Shown here: positions 9,475-19,700 of the stretch, one piece after another
How the letters are laid out: every line of letters begins with the position of its first letter
Numbering within the stretch: position 1 is the stretch's first letter
Assembly (NCBI GenBank): GCA_963737905.1
Contig: CAVTUQ010000002.1
Location: forward strand, 352,001 to 416,000
From: an uncultured delta proteobacterium
GTDB taxonomy: Bacteria; Desulfobacterota; Binatia; UBA9968
Length of the DNA stretch: 64,000 bases
Direction of reading: 5' to 3'
Translations under genes and position numbers: made by a program
Notes under the pieces: model-generated
What the model saw: only the letters and a program-made list of their open reading frames with translations
Databases searched by the model: none
What the model was told of the DNA's origin: nothing

Positions 9475-10627
9475 TTAGCCCTTTGCCGGATGCCAGTTAT
9501 AGCTTTTCACTGTATAGGCGTCTTGTGGCATTAAGGTGGTAAGTCCTCCCTTTGCCAGTTCGCCTTCGAATTTCTCCCGAATCCACGGATCTTCATCGAC
9601 ATATTCAATCATATCCTTGGCGCGGTCTTCGATCTTTTCCGCATGGCCGCGAAACTGCCGCGGCGGATGAAGCGCGAGATAGCGAGCGGGCGTGGCGCCG
9701 ACGTTGAAGTGCTGATGAAACCACTTGTTGGGCGGCACGAACATGCTGCCTTCGTGCCAAGGCGCCACAATCTTCTCTTTGCCTTCTTCCCACAGGACCG
9801 AGTAGCCTTCACCGGCCGGGATCACGATGACCCGCCCCGGGCCATGACGATGTGCTTTTTTATAAGTACGCGTGGGAAAGACCGACATGTGGCATGACAT
9901 CTCTGAATTGGGAAACATGATCGTCACACTCATCCCGCCGCGTCGATTGGTCGTAAGCTTATCCCAAGCGGCCATGTCGGAGAAAAAATTGCCGAACCAG
10001 TAGACGCGATTTCCACCCCAGGCGAGGGAAGGATCGCCGTTTTCGATCAGCTTGGCCTCGGAATAGGCATCCATTTCTTGTTTTGAACTGTCTGCTTTCT
10101 GAAACGGATTATTGAAGTAAAAGCTCGCCTCGGTGACCAGCGAAGTCGCCAGCGGGAGATAGCTATAGCGGAGCAGGCGGGCCGGCCGATCGCCGCGCAT
10201 GTTCCCCAGCTGCAGGTAAGAGTTGGAGCCGATTTGAAACAAGCTGCGGTCTTGCCACTCAAAGGTTTTTTTCGGCGCGCCGTCGGCGGTCCAAACCGTG
10301 CTAACGCCCCTGCCCTGCAGCACATAGATCAGCTCGTCGAGAGCGAACTTCACCGGTGGCAACGTTTTGCCCGGCAGCGATCTCCATGACGATGGCAGAA
10401 GTGATTCCCTCCTGCCCCATAAGCTGAATGAACGCCGCGTTGCATTGACGCTCATCCCACCAGCCCAGCTCCACCGTGCGGAGATCTTCGATGAAAAAGC
10501 CGCGATGAATGGGAATCCCGACGGACTCCATCCAGCGGTCATAGGTATACGCCTTTACTTCAACAGCCGCTTGACTGGATTGATACGGGTTTGCGGTCAG
10601 TTCCGCGCTTTGAGTTGCCATCGTCAC
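9475..10627 (-). CDS. Bicupin protein (gentisate 1,2-dioxygenase-like); frameshift near 10370
   Basis: ORFs 10301..10627 and 9475..10542 join at 'MEI..GKTLPP'; 'DELIYVLQGRG', 'KAHRHGPG', 'VPPNKWFHQHFN' are cupin motifs. Confidence 0.8.
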
Positions 10628-10711
10628 GTCTCCTCCTTAAGTTTTTGCATCAATTAATTTATTCTCAACCGCCAGGGTACAGTAAACTTCACTTACATTG
10701 GTTGCTTATGC

Positions 10712-11825
10712 TCATTTTTGCTCCTGCGCTTTGACGATTTCCTTTGCAAGCTTCAGCACCGGAGTCATGTCGGTAAACTCGTGGCGTGCTACGTCTAGAT
10801 ACTTTCTTCCTTCGACCAAACGGTTTTCAGCGGGAAGCACATCTTTGGGAATGTCTATTCTGCGAGAGTTTGGCGGCAACTCGCCATAAAGATCATTGGA
10901 CTTTTGCATGGCGGTCTGTCCCTTGCGCGAGAGAAACCAGTTGATAAACACGCGGGCCGCGTTGGGATGGGGGGCGCCCTTGATCAGGCTGATCGAACCG
11001 CCGCCGGTGCTCAGCGGTTGCCCTTCTTTCCAGTCTCCGGTTTCGAAATCTTCCACCGGTAATCCTTGACCGGAGGCTTTCTCAATTTGCCGGCAGCCGT
11101 GGCAGATCGCGAACTTCCCCGCCCCCAGCCAGTCCGTGATCGCGCGCCGATCGCCGAACGTGATGTCCATCCCGCCCAAGGCGCGCCTAATAAACTCCGG
11201 TCCGAGCTCGGGCTGGTAGTAATAGAACTGCAAGTTAACGCTGAGCCCGGTCTCGGTGGGCCGTTGCGAGGTGGTTCTTCCCTTTCCATTTTGGATTGGT
11301 CAGATCCCAATAAGATTTAAATTCTTTCGCGTTGACGAGATTGGAATTATAAGACAGGCCGCGGACGCCGGGCAACGCGATGTAGACAAAGATGAATTGG
11401 TCCTCGCTGTCCGTGAAGACATGCTTGCCACCGTACCATTTGGACTCGTCGAGCACTTCGGGAAGTAGGAAGGCGGACTTGATCGAGTCGAGAATCTTGC
11501 CGCGGTAAAGCAAGCTATAACTAGAATTCGGCCCGCCGCTGTAGATGTCCGCGATGGTTTTTCCGGCACGAACCTCCGCCGTTATTCTGGTGGCGAGCTG
11601 ATCTCCGGTGCCGTTAACCGAAACGATTTTGATCTCCGGGTAGTCCTTTTTGAACTCGTCGAGCAGCGCCGCTTGGCCGTACCGGCCGACGTAGAGATTC
11701 AACCGCCCCTCTTTCTTGGCCGCCGTAACGGTTTGTTCCCAATCGCTTTTCCAGTCGGCGTACAAGTTAGCAGTCCAAAAAATGATTGCTACCAGAAGCA
11801 GGTTGATGGCGATGCGGGTTTTCAT
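10712..11825 (-). CDS. ABC transporter substrate-binding protein; frameshift near 11275
   Basis: ORFs 11235..11825 and 10712..11233 form one SBP: 'AAKKEGRL', 'SYWDLTNPKWKGK', 'APHPNAARVFINWFLSRKGQ'. Confidence 0.85.
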
Positions 11826-11857
11826 AACTTGATCTCCTCAAAGTCAATGTTTTTTGA

Positions 11858-12616
11858 TTACCCCGCCCGCATCTTCAGTAGCGTCGGAATATCTATTTTC
11901 TCCTGATACGGTCGCAGTTCTTCTTCTCTGCGCTGGACGCCGAGCATGGCCATGCGGTCGGCGAGCTCGTTGCCTTCGGTGCCGACGTGGCCGGCGACGT
12001 GGGTGAGTTTCAGTTCTTCTTCAATGCGCCGGTAGATCGCGTAGCAGTCCTGGATGATTTCCAGGTTCCTGATCTCGCCGCCGGGTTTTTTCCAGCCTTT
12101 CCTTTCCCAGTTGGGTGCCCAACTGCGAATGCAGTTGATGGAGTACGCCGAGTCGCTGCGCACCTCGACGGTGTTGCCAGTCCTGATTTCCGCTTCGGCC
12201 ATGCGCAGTGCGTGATAGAGCGCGTTCAGTTCGGCGGTGTTGTTCGTCCCCATGGGGTTGTAGAGGCCATACCACAGCTCAGCGAGTTTGCCGGCTCGAT
12301 ACACCACGATACCGGAGCCGGCATGGCCAGGGTTGGGGTCACAGGCACCATCGCAATAAATGCTGACATCTAACTGTTGAGAGGGCTGGGCGCCACGGCG
12401 TTCACTGTCCCGCGTGCCGGCTTTTTGTCTACCGGCTTTTTTGGACGGAAGGCTTGCGTAGCCGCCGCGACCAAAGGCTTGCTCGGCTTGTGCACGGGTC
12501 GGGAAGGACTTGAATCGCGCTCCGGCATACTTGTCCACGACCCGCTGAGTGGTCGCCCAATCCGAGAATACACCGGTCTGCCGTCCCGCCCACACCACGT
12601 AAAATTTCCGAGCCAT
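11858..12616 (-). CDS. rnhA: Ribonuclease HI with N-terminal hybrid-binding (caulimovirus viroplasmin-like) domain
   Basis: 'KFYVVWAGRQTGVFSDW...ARFKSF' hybrid-binding domain; 'IYCDGAC..NPG', 'TNNTAEL', 'SDSAY', 'HVAGH.G..GNELADRMA'. Confidence 0.93.
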   Translation of the reverse strand: MARKFYVVWAGRQTGVFSDWATTQRVVDKYAGARFKSFPTRAQAEQAFGRGGYASLPSKKAGRQKAGTRDSERRGAQPSQQLDVSIYCDGACDPNPGHAGSGIVVYRAGKLAELWYGLYNPMGTNNTAELNALYHALRMAEAEIRTGNTVEVRSDSAYSINCIRSWAPNWERKGWKKPGGEIRNLEIIQDCYAIYRRIEEELKLTHVAGHVGTEGNELADRMAMLGVQRREEELRPYQEKIDIPTLLKMRAG

Positions 12617-12676
12617 GATGAGTCAAATGCCTTTTGGTAGAAACTGGTTTTCCGGGTTTCGTATGAAGAAAGTTCT

Positions 12677-12755
12677 ACCACCGAGGCACAGAGTTCCTAG
12701 CGCGGAGTAATGATTAAAAAACTCTTTACTCCGCGTTCTCAGCGCCTCCAGGGTG
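12677..12755. repeat. Intergenic imperfect inverted repeat (REP-like)
   Basis: Perfect 10-bp arms cgcggagtaa (12701-12710) and ttactccgcg (12726-12735), with weaker outer arms caccgaggc / gcctccagggtg. Confidence 0.65.
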
Positions 12756-12779
12756 CAATCTCCGATCTGCGAGAGCCTC

Positions 12780-12803
12780 TGACAGCGTCCCCCGGACGCG
12801 TCA
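12780..12803 (-). promoter_or_regulatory. Putative bacterial SECIS element for selO
   Basis: mRNA UGAC-GCGUCC-GGG-GGACGC-U-GUCA: stem with bulged U and G-rich apical loop, ~20 nt 3' of the in-frame UGA at 12814-12816; no U-tract follows. Confidence 0.75.
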
Positions 12804-12804
12804 C

Positions 12805-14301
12805 TCAGGTACCTCAGAAAGTTTGGTAGCGCTCTTGTCCTTCCGGTGCAGGTTCGGCAAAGGCGGCAAACTCCGGTTGATCGTCGAACGGGCGCGATAG
12901 AATCTTGAGCAAGGTCGCAAAGGGCACGTAATCTTCGCGTTCCACTGCAGCGCTCAAGGCTTCCTCGACGCGATGGTTGCGCGGGATGAACGTGGGATTG
13001 GCGCGCCGCATCGCCTGCGCCCGCGCCAAAGGCGCTACCGCCTCGCGCGCAAGCCGCGCCCGCCAGTGTCCACTCCAGAGATCGTAAGCCGACGGATCGG
13101 CGAACAGCGCGCGAATCGGTTCCTCCTGGCCTAAGGCCGCATCGGCGAGGTGACGGAAAGCCAACGTGTAGTCAACACTCTTGCCCTCCATCGCGGTAAG
13201 CAACCCCGTGGCAAGGTTGAGATCGGCCTCGTCCTCACTGACCAGTCCGAGCTTCGCGCGCATGCCTTCTAGCCAGTGGCGTTCGTATTGTTCCGGAAAA
13301 GCATGGACCACCTGAGTGGCGCGTGCGATGGCGCGAGTTTCATCGGCATCGATCAAGGGTAAAAGCGTCTCCGCCAGCCGCGCCAGATTCCACTGCGCGA
13401 TCTTGGGTTGATTGCCGTAAGCATAGCGGCCGTGGGTATCGATGGAGCTGAAGACCGTTGCCGGATCGTAGTGATCCATGAAGGCGCACGGGCCGTAGTC
13501 GATCGTCTCGCCCGAGATCGCCATATTGTCGGTGTTCATCACGCCATGGATGAAGCCCACGTGCATCCAGCTGGCAATGAGCGCCGCTTGTTTGTCGCAC
13601 ACGCGCTCGAGCAATCCCAGGTAGGGATTCCCATGGTCCTTCAGCTCCCGGTAGTGGCGATCGATAACGTAATCGGCCAGGCGACGCACCTTGGTCTGCT
13701 CGCCGCGGGCCGCAAAAAATTGAAAGGTACCCACGCGAACATGGCTGGCGGCAACGCGCGTCAAAACCGCGCCTGGCAGTGCGCTCTCGCGAAAAACGGG
13801 CTCACCCGTAAGAACCGCGGCAAGCGCCCGGGTCGTCGGAATACCAAGCGCGTGCATCGCTTCGCCGATCAAGTATTCACGCAACACGGGCCCGAGGGCC
13901 GCCCGGCCGTCGCCGGCGCGCGAAAAGGGAGTGGGACCCGACCCTTTGAGCTGAATATCGCGACGATGGCCGTTGCGGTCGATCACTTCTCCCAAAAGCA
14001 GGGCCCGCCCGTCGCCAAGTTGGGGCACGAAGCCGCCGAACTGGTGGCCGGCGTACGCTTGGGCCAGCGGCGCCGCTCCTTCGGGTGTCTCGTTGCCGGC
14101 AAAGATCCACGCGCCTTCCTCGGAATCGAGAGCGCTGGCATCCAGCCCCAATTCTTTCGCCAATTCACGGTTAAGCTTAACCAACCTAGGCCGCGCCGCT
14201 TGAGCCGCCTTCCAGGGTCGGTAGAAGCCCTCAAGTTCGCGCGCATAGGTATTGTCGAAGGCGAAGCGCGCGATAGCAGGGCTGTTAAGGGCGTGCGTCA
14301 T
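12805..14301 (-). CDS. selO: Protein adenylyltransferase SelO/YdiU, probably with selenocysteine at the C-terminus (...YQTF-U-GT*)
   Basis: '[10 protein letters not shown]', 'LGDGRA', '[18 protein letters not shown]', '[11 protein letters not shown]', 'IDYGPC', 'NP..IPRNH'. The 3' end reads TTC TGA GGT ACC TGA, where homologs end F-C-G-T-stop. Confidence 0.92.
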
Positions 14302-14399
14302 CGTGTAACTTTCTTGATCGCGAGGATTGATGATCCTCGACTATCATTGTTCTCCATATCGATAGAAATATCTACACCTGCAACGGCACCTGCCGGCGC

Positions 14400-15479
14400 T
14401 TAGACCGGACTTGGAATCGGCATGTCGTAAAGTCGCGCGACGTTTTCCCGCACCAGTTTGGCGCGCAACCCAGCGGGTAGATCGCCTAGGTCCCGGGCTA
14501 CGATCTGGCGGGAATGGGGCCAGGTCGAGTTGCCGTGGGGGAAGTCGTTGGACCACATGCAGTTGTCGGCGCCCCACCACGACAGTATGTGGCCGCCGAC
14601 AGCGTCATTAAAGAAAGTGGCATAGACCTGGCCGTGAAAATATTCACTTGGAAGTTTCTTTATGGCGAGACCTTCGCGGTTGATTCCATGGCGCTTGAAG
14701 TAGTAGTCCCACTGTTCGAGTAAAAACGGAATCCAGCCGATCTCGTTTTCGACCAAGACGAGCTTAAGCCGCGGATATCGCTCCAACACGCCGGAGAAGA
14801 TGAGCTCGTAGAGGCTGTTGATGGACTGGAACAATTTCATGTTGACGCTGTTGCTCTCCTGCGTGAGACCGCCTTCGGCAGCAGGGTTAACGCCGAAGCT
14901 GCGGGTACGGCTGTAGCCGTGGCCGCTCAAAATGTGCAGGTTGACAGGCATATCGAGGTCCTGAGCCGATGCCCAGAACTTGTCATAGTGCGCAGAGGCG
15001 AAGGGCAGTTCGGGCGGCGGGACTTGCCATATCACGGAGCCGTGCAGGCCGGCCTTGCGACAGCGCTCCTGCTCTTTGACGGCGCCGTCGATATCGTACA
15101 TAGACAGCATTGCGATGCCGATGAGACGGTCGGGGGCGGCCTGGCAGTAGTCGATCAGCCAATCGTTGTAAACGCGGGCGCAGGCCGCCTCCAGCCCGGG
15201 ATCGTCCAGGCTCAGCGCCTTTAACCCGTGAGTGGGATAGAGAACTTCCGCGCTGACGCCGTCGGCTGCCATTTCAGCGACGCGCTTGGTCTTATCCATG
15301 GCACCGGGCGAATCGGTGGGTCTTTGCCCGCCAAATCCAGGGGCGCGATCCTGAAATGCTTTAGGGAGTTGTTTTTTCCAAAGACCCTCCGGCTCAATGA
15401 CGTGCGAGTCCGACGAGATCAAAACTTCGTCGATGACGACGTTGCTCTCTTTCCCATAGGTTCGTTCAATAATGGCCAT
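14400..15479 (-). CDS. Amidohydrolase family protein (Amidohydro_2)
   Basis: 'ISSDSHVIEP', 'DGVSAEVLYPT', 'PVNLH', 'LVENEIGW', 'WSNDFPH'. Confidence 0.9.
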   Translation of the reverse strand: MAIIERTYGKESNVVIDEVLISSDSHVIEPEGLWKKQLPKAFQDRAPGFGGQRPTDSPGAMDKTKRVAEMAADGVSAEVLYPTHGLKALSLDDPGLEAACARVYNDWLIDYCQAAPDRLIGIAMLSMYDIDGAVKEQERCRKAGLHGSVIWQVPPPELPFASAHYDKFWASAQDLDMPVNLHILSGHGYSRTRSFGVNPAAEGGLTQESNSVNMKLFQSINSLYELIFSGVLERYPRLKLVLVENEIGWIPFLLEQWDYYFKRHGINREGLAIKKLPSEYFHGQVYATFFNDAVGGHILSWWGADNCMWSNDFPHGNSTWPHSRQIVARDLGDLPAGLRAKLVRENVARLYDMPIPSPV

Positions 15480-15533
15480 TGTTTTGGCTCCTTTGTAAGT
15501 TGTGTGAAAACGGCGCGAGCTTTAGTTTCAACC

Positions 15534-16286
15534 TCACAGATACTTTGTCGGACGCCGGATCGTGCGCCACATGTGGGAGGTTGGGCTGTTGTCGAAGCCC
15601 AAGCCCTCAGGCGGCTGTCTGAAGTTACGCCCGACGATGTCGATGAAGGGTTCCCAGCTCACCACCGCGTTGGGGTCGAAGGAGTAGATGTCGTGGACGG
15701 TAATCATGCGCGCTGTCATATACCACTTGTGATCGCGGGCGCGCTTGTACGCTTCTTTGATGTAGTCGTCAGGCTCGTAGTCCGCCCCGAAATGCTTGAC
15801 GTACATTTCCGGATACGAGTAGCCCACCGACTCGTCTGGGAAGAAACGCAGCGCCTGGTGCGCGCGGATCGCCCAGCTTACCTCCTCGTCGACGTAGGGC
15901 TCGACCAGTTGCGCGCCCAGTAACCGTGGTCGCTCTTGATGAAGATTGCATTGGCGATATCGTGCAGCAAGCAGGCGAGAATCGTTTTCTGGGGCATGGA
16001 AGCCTTCAGCGCATGGGTCGCGCTTTGCAGCAGATGATTGATCCCCTTAGCGCGATAATTGAAAAAATCGGCGAGCGTCGGCTTTGCAGGCATTTTCGGC
16101 AGCCGTGGATCGTCGTCCATCAGTTGATACTTGCGGTTTTTGGGGTCGGAACCTCATGTTGGACGCGCCGAGCTTGCCGTCCGCCATATTGAACAGCGCC
16201 GATTTCGAAATGAGTACATCGAGCTCGTCGCTCATTTTTCGCTCGACGGCATCCGCGCGCTCGTCCAGCGATATACTTTTGGCCAT
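15534..16286 (-). CDS. HD-domain protein (PhnZ-like metal ligands); frameshifts near 16135 and 15920
   Basis: Joined frames: 'NHLLQSATHALK', 'ACLLHDIA', 'DHGYWGAQLVEPYV', 'AIRAHQALRF', 'TVHDIYSF'; AGGAGG RBS before ATG 16286. Confidence 0.7.
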
Positions 16287-16761
16287 GGCTTGATCCTCCT
16301 AAAAGAGTCGCCCGACTATCGAGCTTTGCGAAGACTCTACTCCGGCACGGATCGCAGTGCAACACATAAACTCGTCCGGGGAGGACGAGCGCCTCGCGCT
16401 GGAGAAAAATTCGTTTTAAAGAAACATGCCGTTATGTATACGCGAAATAAGCGTCTCCTGCCAAATTAGATTGTACTGGCTTCCATTCCTGATTCGCCTT
16501 AGGTGGATCGCGTTGGTGCGTCAGCAAGTGAGACGTGGAGAGGGAGCTTTTCCTGGATCTGGAGCAAAGGTGAGGTGGCTCGACTAAACCCGAGGCACAT
16601 CAACCTGAGCTCCTCTCCTACCGAAGAGAATATTGCCGAGGTGATTGACAAATAACTTACAATTCAGGCCCAGTCTCTACAACTGAGGTTGAGAGCCGGC
16701 CAGGAATGCCACCACGTCGGCGTCTCGAGGTCGGGAGCGCATCAGAGCTTGACAGGACATT

Positions 16762-19700
16762 TTAGGATGCCGCCTCAGTGGAACCTTCGGCAGGTAAAAA
16801 GCAAGGCAACGAAAATTCAATGCCGGTTTCTTCCGCGTGGCTAAATCCAAATCTTTTCAGGATCGGGGCGTCCGAACCGATGTCACGCTTGAATTCGAAG
16901 TTTAAGCGATAAATTCCATCACCCAATTCACTGAATTCGGCATCTCCGGTTCTGACGAAAATGAACGCTCTGGTACCGTCCTGACTTCTAATAATATTTG
17001 AATCCAGTTCATTGAACCCCGCATTCGAGAAGATCAGTCGCGTGTGCAAGGTTTCATCAGCCGCATCTTTAAGCCTTATCACGGTTCCGGCGGCATCGAG
17101 CGTCCTGGTTTGGTGATCGGCATAAAGATTGACATGCTCATTTTCGTCAGAAGACGTTGGCTCAGAGCCGTTATAAATCCTGATGAGGGTGCCGGCGAGA
17201 TACACGCTGTTTTCAGGGAACCGGTAATACTCTTGGTAAGTTTTCTCTTCACCAGCGGATATCGGTAGATACTCGACCGTGTATCCCGAAAGATCGGTCG
17301 TCACCAGAACTAGAATATCGATCCACTGGTTATTATAAGAAATGTTAATTTCGCGCGGAATGCCAATGTTTTCAACGCTGCCATCGATGATTTTCACGAC
17401 GTGATCAACTTCTTCTATGGCATCACCGCGATTGTCAAACAAGATTTTCAGCTCGGTTCTACTCCAATCCAAAGGCTCGGGGCTTTCCAACAGTAAGCCG
17501 TAGGACTGATGCCGATCATTCATTAAGGCGACCTCGATCCGCTCCGGCAGGGGTCTGGGATTGAGGTCGAACAGCGACATGAGCTGTTCAAATTTAACCG
17601 ATTCGTCCTCCGAATTGGTTAATATTTGCTGCAAAACGTCTGCATCAATTTCGTAATCAGGGTTTTGGATCAGACTAAAATGATTCCAGATTGCGTCCTG
17701 AAACGAGTGGATATGATGCAAAAAGTTCGAATATCTGGAGGTCAAGAACGCAAACTCGTACACGGCGGTATCTCCTGCCATAACATGAGCTCGGTACTGA
17801 GCACGCGGGTTTAGCAACAGGTCCCTTGAAAAAGCAAGGGTCTCTTTGTTTGTCTCAGTTGAGACGCCGGTCATAGTAACGCACCAGCTGTCGTTGAGTA
17901 TGTCCTCGTAACGCGTTTCTTCTCTGGTCAGTGAACGTTCAGGGTTATCGCCCCAGAGGTTAAAAAATTGCAACTCATCACCTGCGGCGTTCAAGACAAG
18001 CAGATTATTGTTATCCAATAGCTTGATGCTGATCGGGAGATCCGCCATCTGATACATCTGATCTATATAGGAATCGTTGTAAACCACCCCAATGTCGTAT
18101 GAACGGTAAATGTAAGACTGTGCCTCATCGGCCGTGGCACCGGCTGGGATGGTGTAGTCGACGTACGCGCCCAGGTCGCTTAACGGCCCATCCAGATCAT
18201 AGCGGGCGATATCGTCTACTTCGGTTTGCGTTGATGCAGGAGGTCCGGGAGGATTGCCGGTCTTGAAGAACATGTATTCGATAAATTCCTGTTCTTGCCA
18301 ACCGCCGCCATTTTTGCGCCTGCTGGCAGCTGTTTTGATCTCTAACCGGTAATACTTGTTCGGCGTAAGAATCTGTGCAGTATGCTTACCCCAATTCTCT
18401 TCCAGACTGTCTTGTAAATGAGTATTCAAGCCGCTGTTGTATTCATAGGTGTCCTGCGCTTCTTCGGTTACTCCACAAACACGGATAATATTAAACCGGC
18501 CCAGCAACAGAAACGAGCGGAAGGGTTCGCCACCGAAACTGAGCGTTACGGGACGAACTTCGTTATCCGGCAGGTCATCCGGTATATCAAATTCGATTTG
18601 CTGGATTTCGGTGTTTTCCCGGTCATACAAGTAGATGCTTCCCTGCGAATTCTTCGACAGATGTACGTCTGCTTTCACTACGTCTTCCGGCATGGTTACC
18701 AAAATATTGGTGGTACCGACCGCGTGATGTACGGGATAGCAGATCTCAATGATTCGAATACCCTGCCCTAGAATTCCTATCTTTCTGATGGGCTCGATGG
18801 CAGATTCCAGCTTATAAACAACGGCACCATTGACTTTACGGCCTTCGGTTGACAGCGCCCGATCTACTACATTGCCATCTTCGTCAAAAGCGTAAAGAAA
18901 TGGATCGGGCGGATCATTCACTATACAGGTAATCCAAACCTGGTGCGGTATGCCTTCAAATGACGCCTTCGGGAAATGGATAAAGACGGGAATAATCCCG
19001 TTATTGAGGTCAAGCGATGATTGATTAATAAACAGTTCAATATTTCTCTTTGAATATTCGTCGGTAAACTTGAGATAGGAGTTATAACCGATACCTGCGG
19101 TGATCAAAACCTCATTGATCACCTTCAGATTAATCTCTCCGGTAATCTCCTGCGCTTTTATGTTCAAGCATTCGATGGTTTGGTAACCATCCGCGTTATT
19201 CAATCCTTTTCGCGTGCCTAACCACGGTGCCAGGTATCCATGGACGACCATGGGGAAAGGAGAAGTAAAAATAAACTCATCCTGCACCAGCGTGGCGTAA
19301 TATTCTCCGATCTCACGGTCTTCAAAGTCTGCACAAATCTCCTCTTCGATGATTTCTCCGGTACAGGGGTAATTGGGATGATAAACGTCCAACAATGCAA
19401 ACCATATGTCATTTTTCTTCCAGCAGCCTGGAGATCTCGAAAGGAGTGGATGCATTCAGAACCAGTTTTGTGTTGACGATTCCGTCCGTATTCGGGACCG
19501 CCTGCCAGCAACCGGTCAGAGCATAATCACCTTGATTGTTTTCCGGCAAATAGTTTTCCCAAGCTCCGTCGTCGACATTTTCGTTCCAAGCGTCACGATA
19601 TTGCAGCGTCACGGTCTTCAGTTCGTACTTGAAGTCGTACTCACCCACACTTTCATAGTCAGTTATGATGGAAGGGTTAGCTCCGACTAGGTTACTATCA

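Noticed and set aside
12780-12803. Hairpin after selO as an intrinsic terminator
   Set aside because: No U-tract on either side; position and G-rich loop fit a SECIS better.
13408-14403. 331 aa plus-strand ORF (and similar long antisense ORFs such as 34663..35538, 41934..42800, 30313..30999)
   Set aside because: Antisense shadows of clear genes in GC-rich DNA, with no recognisable motifs.
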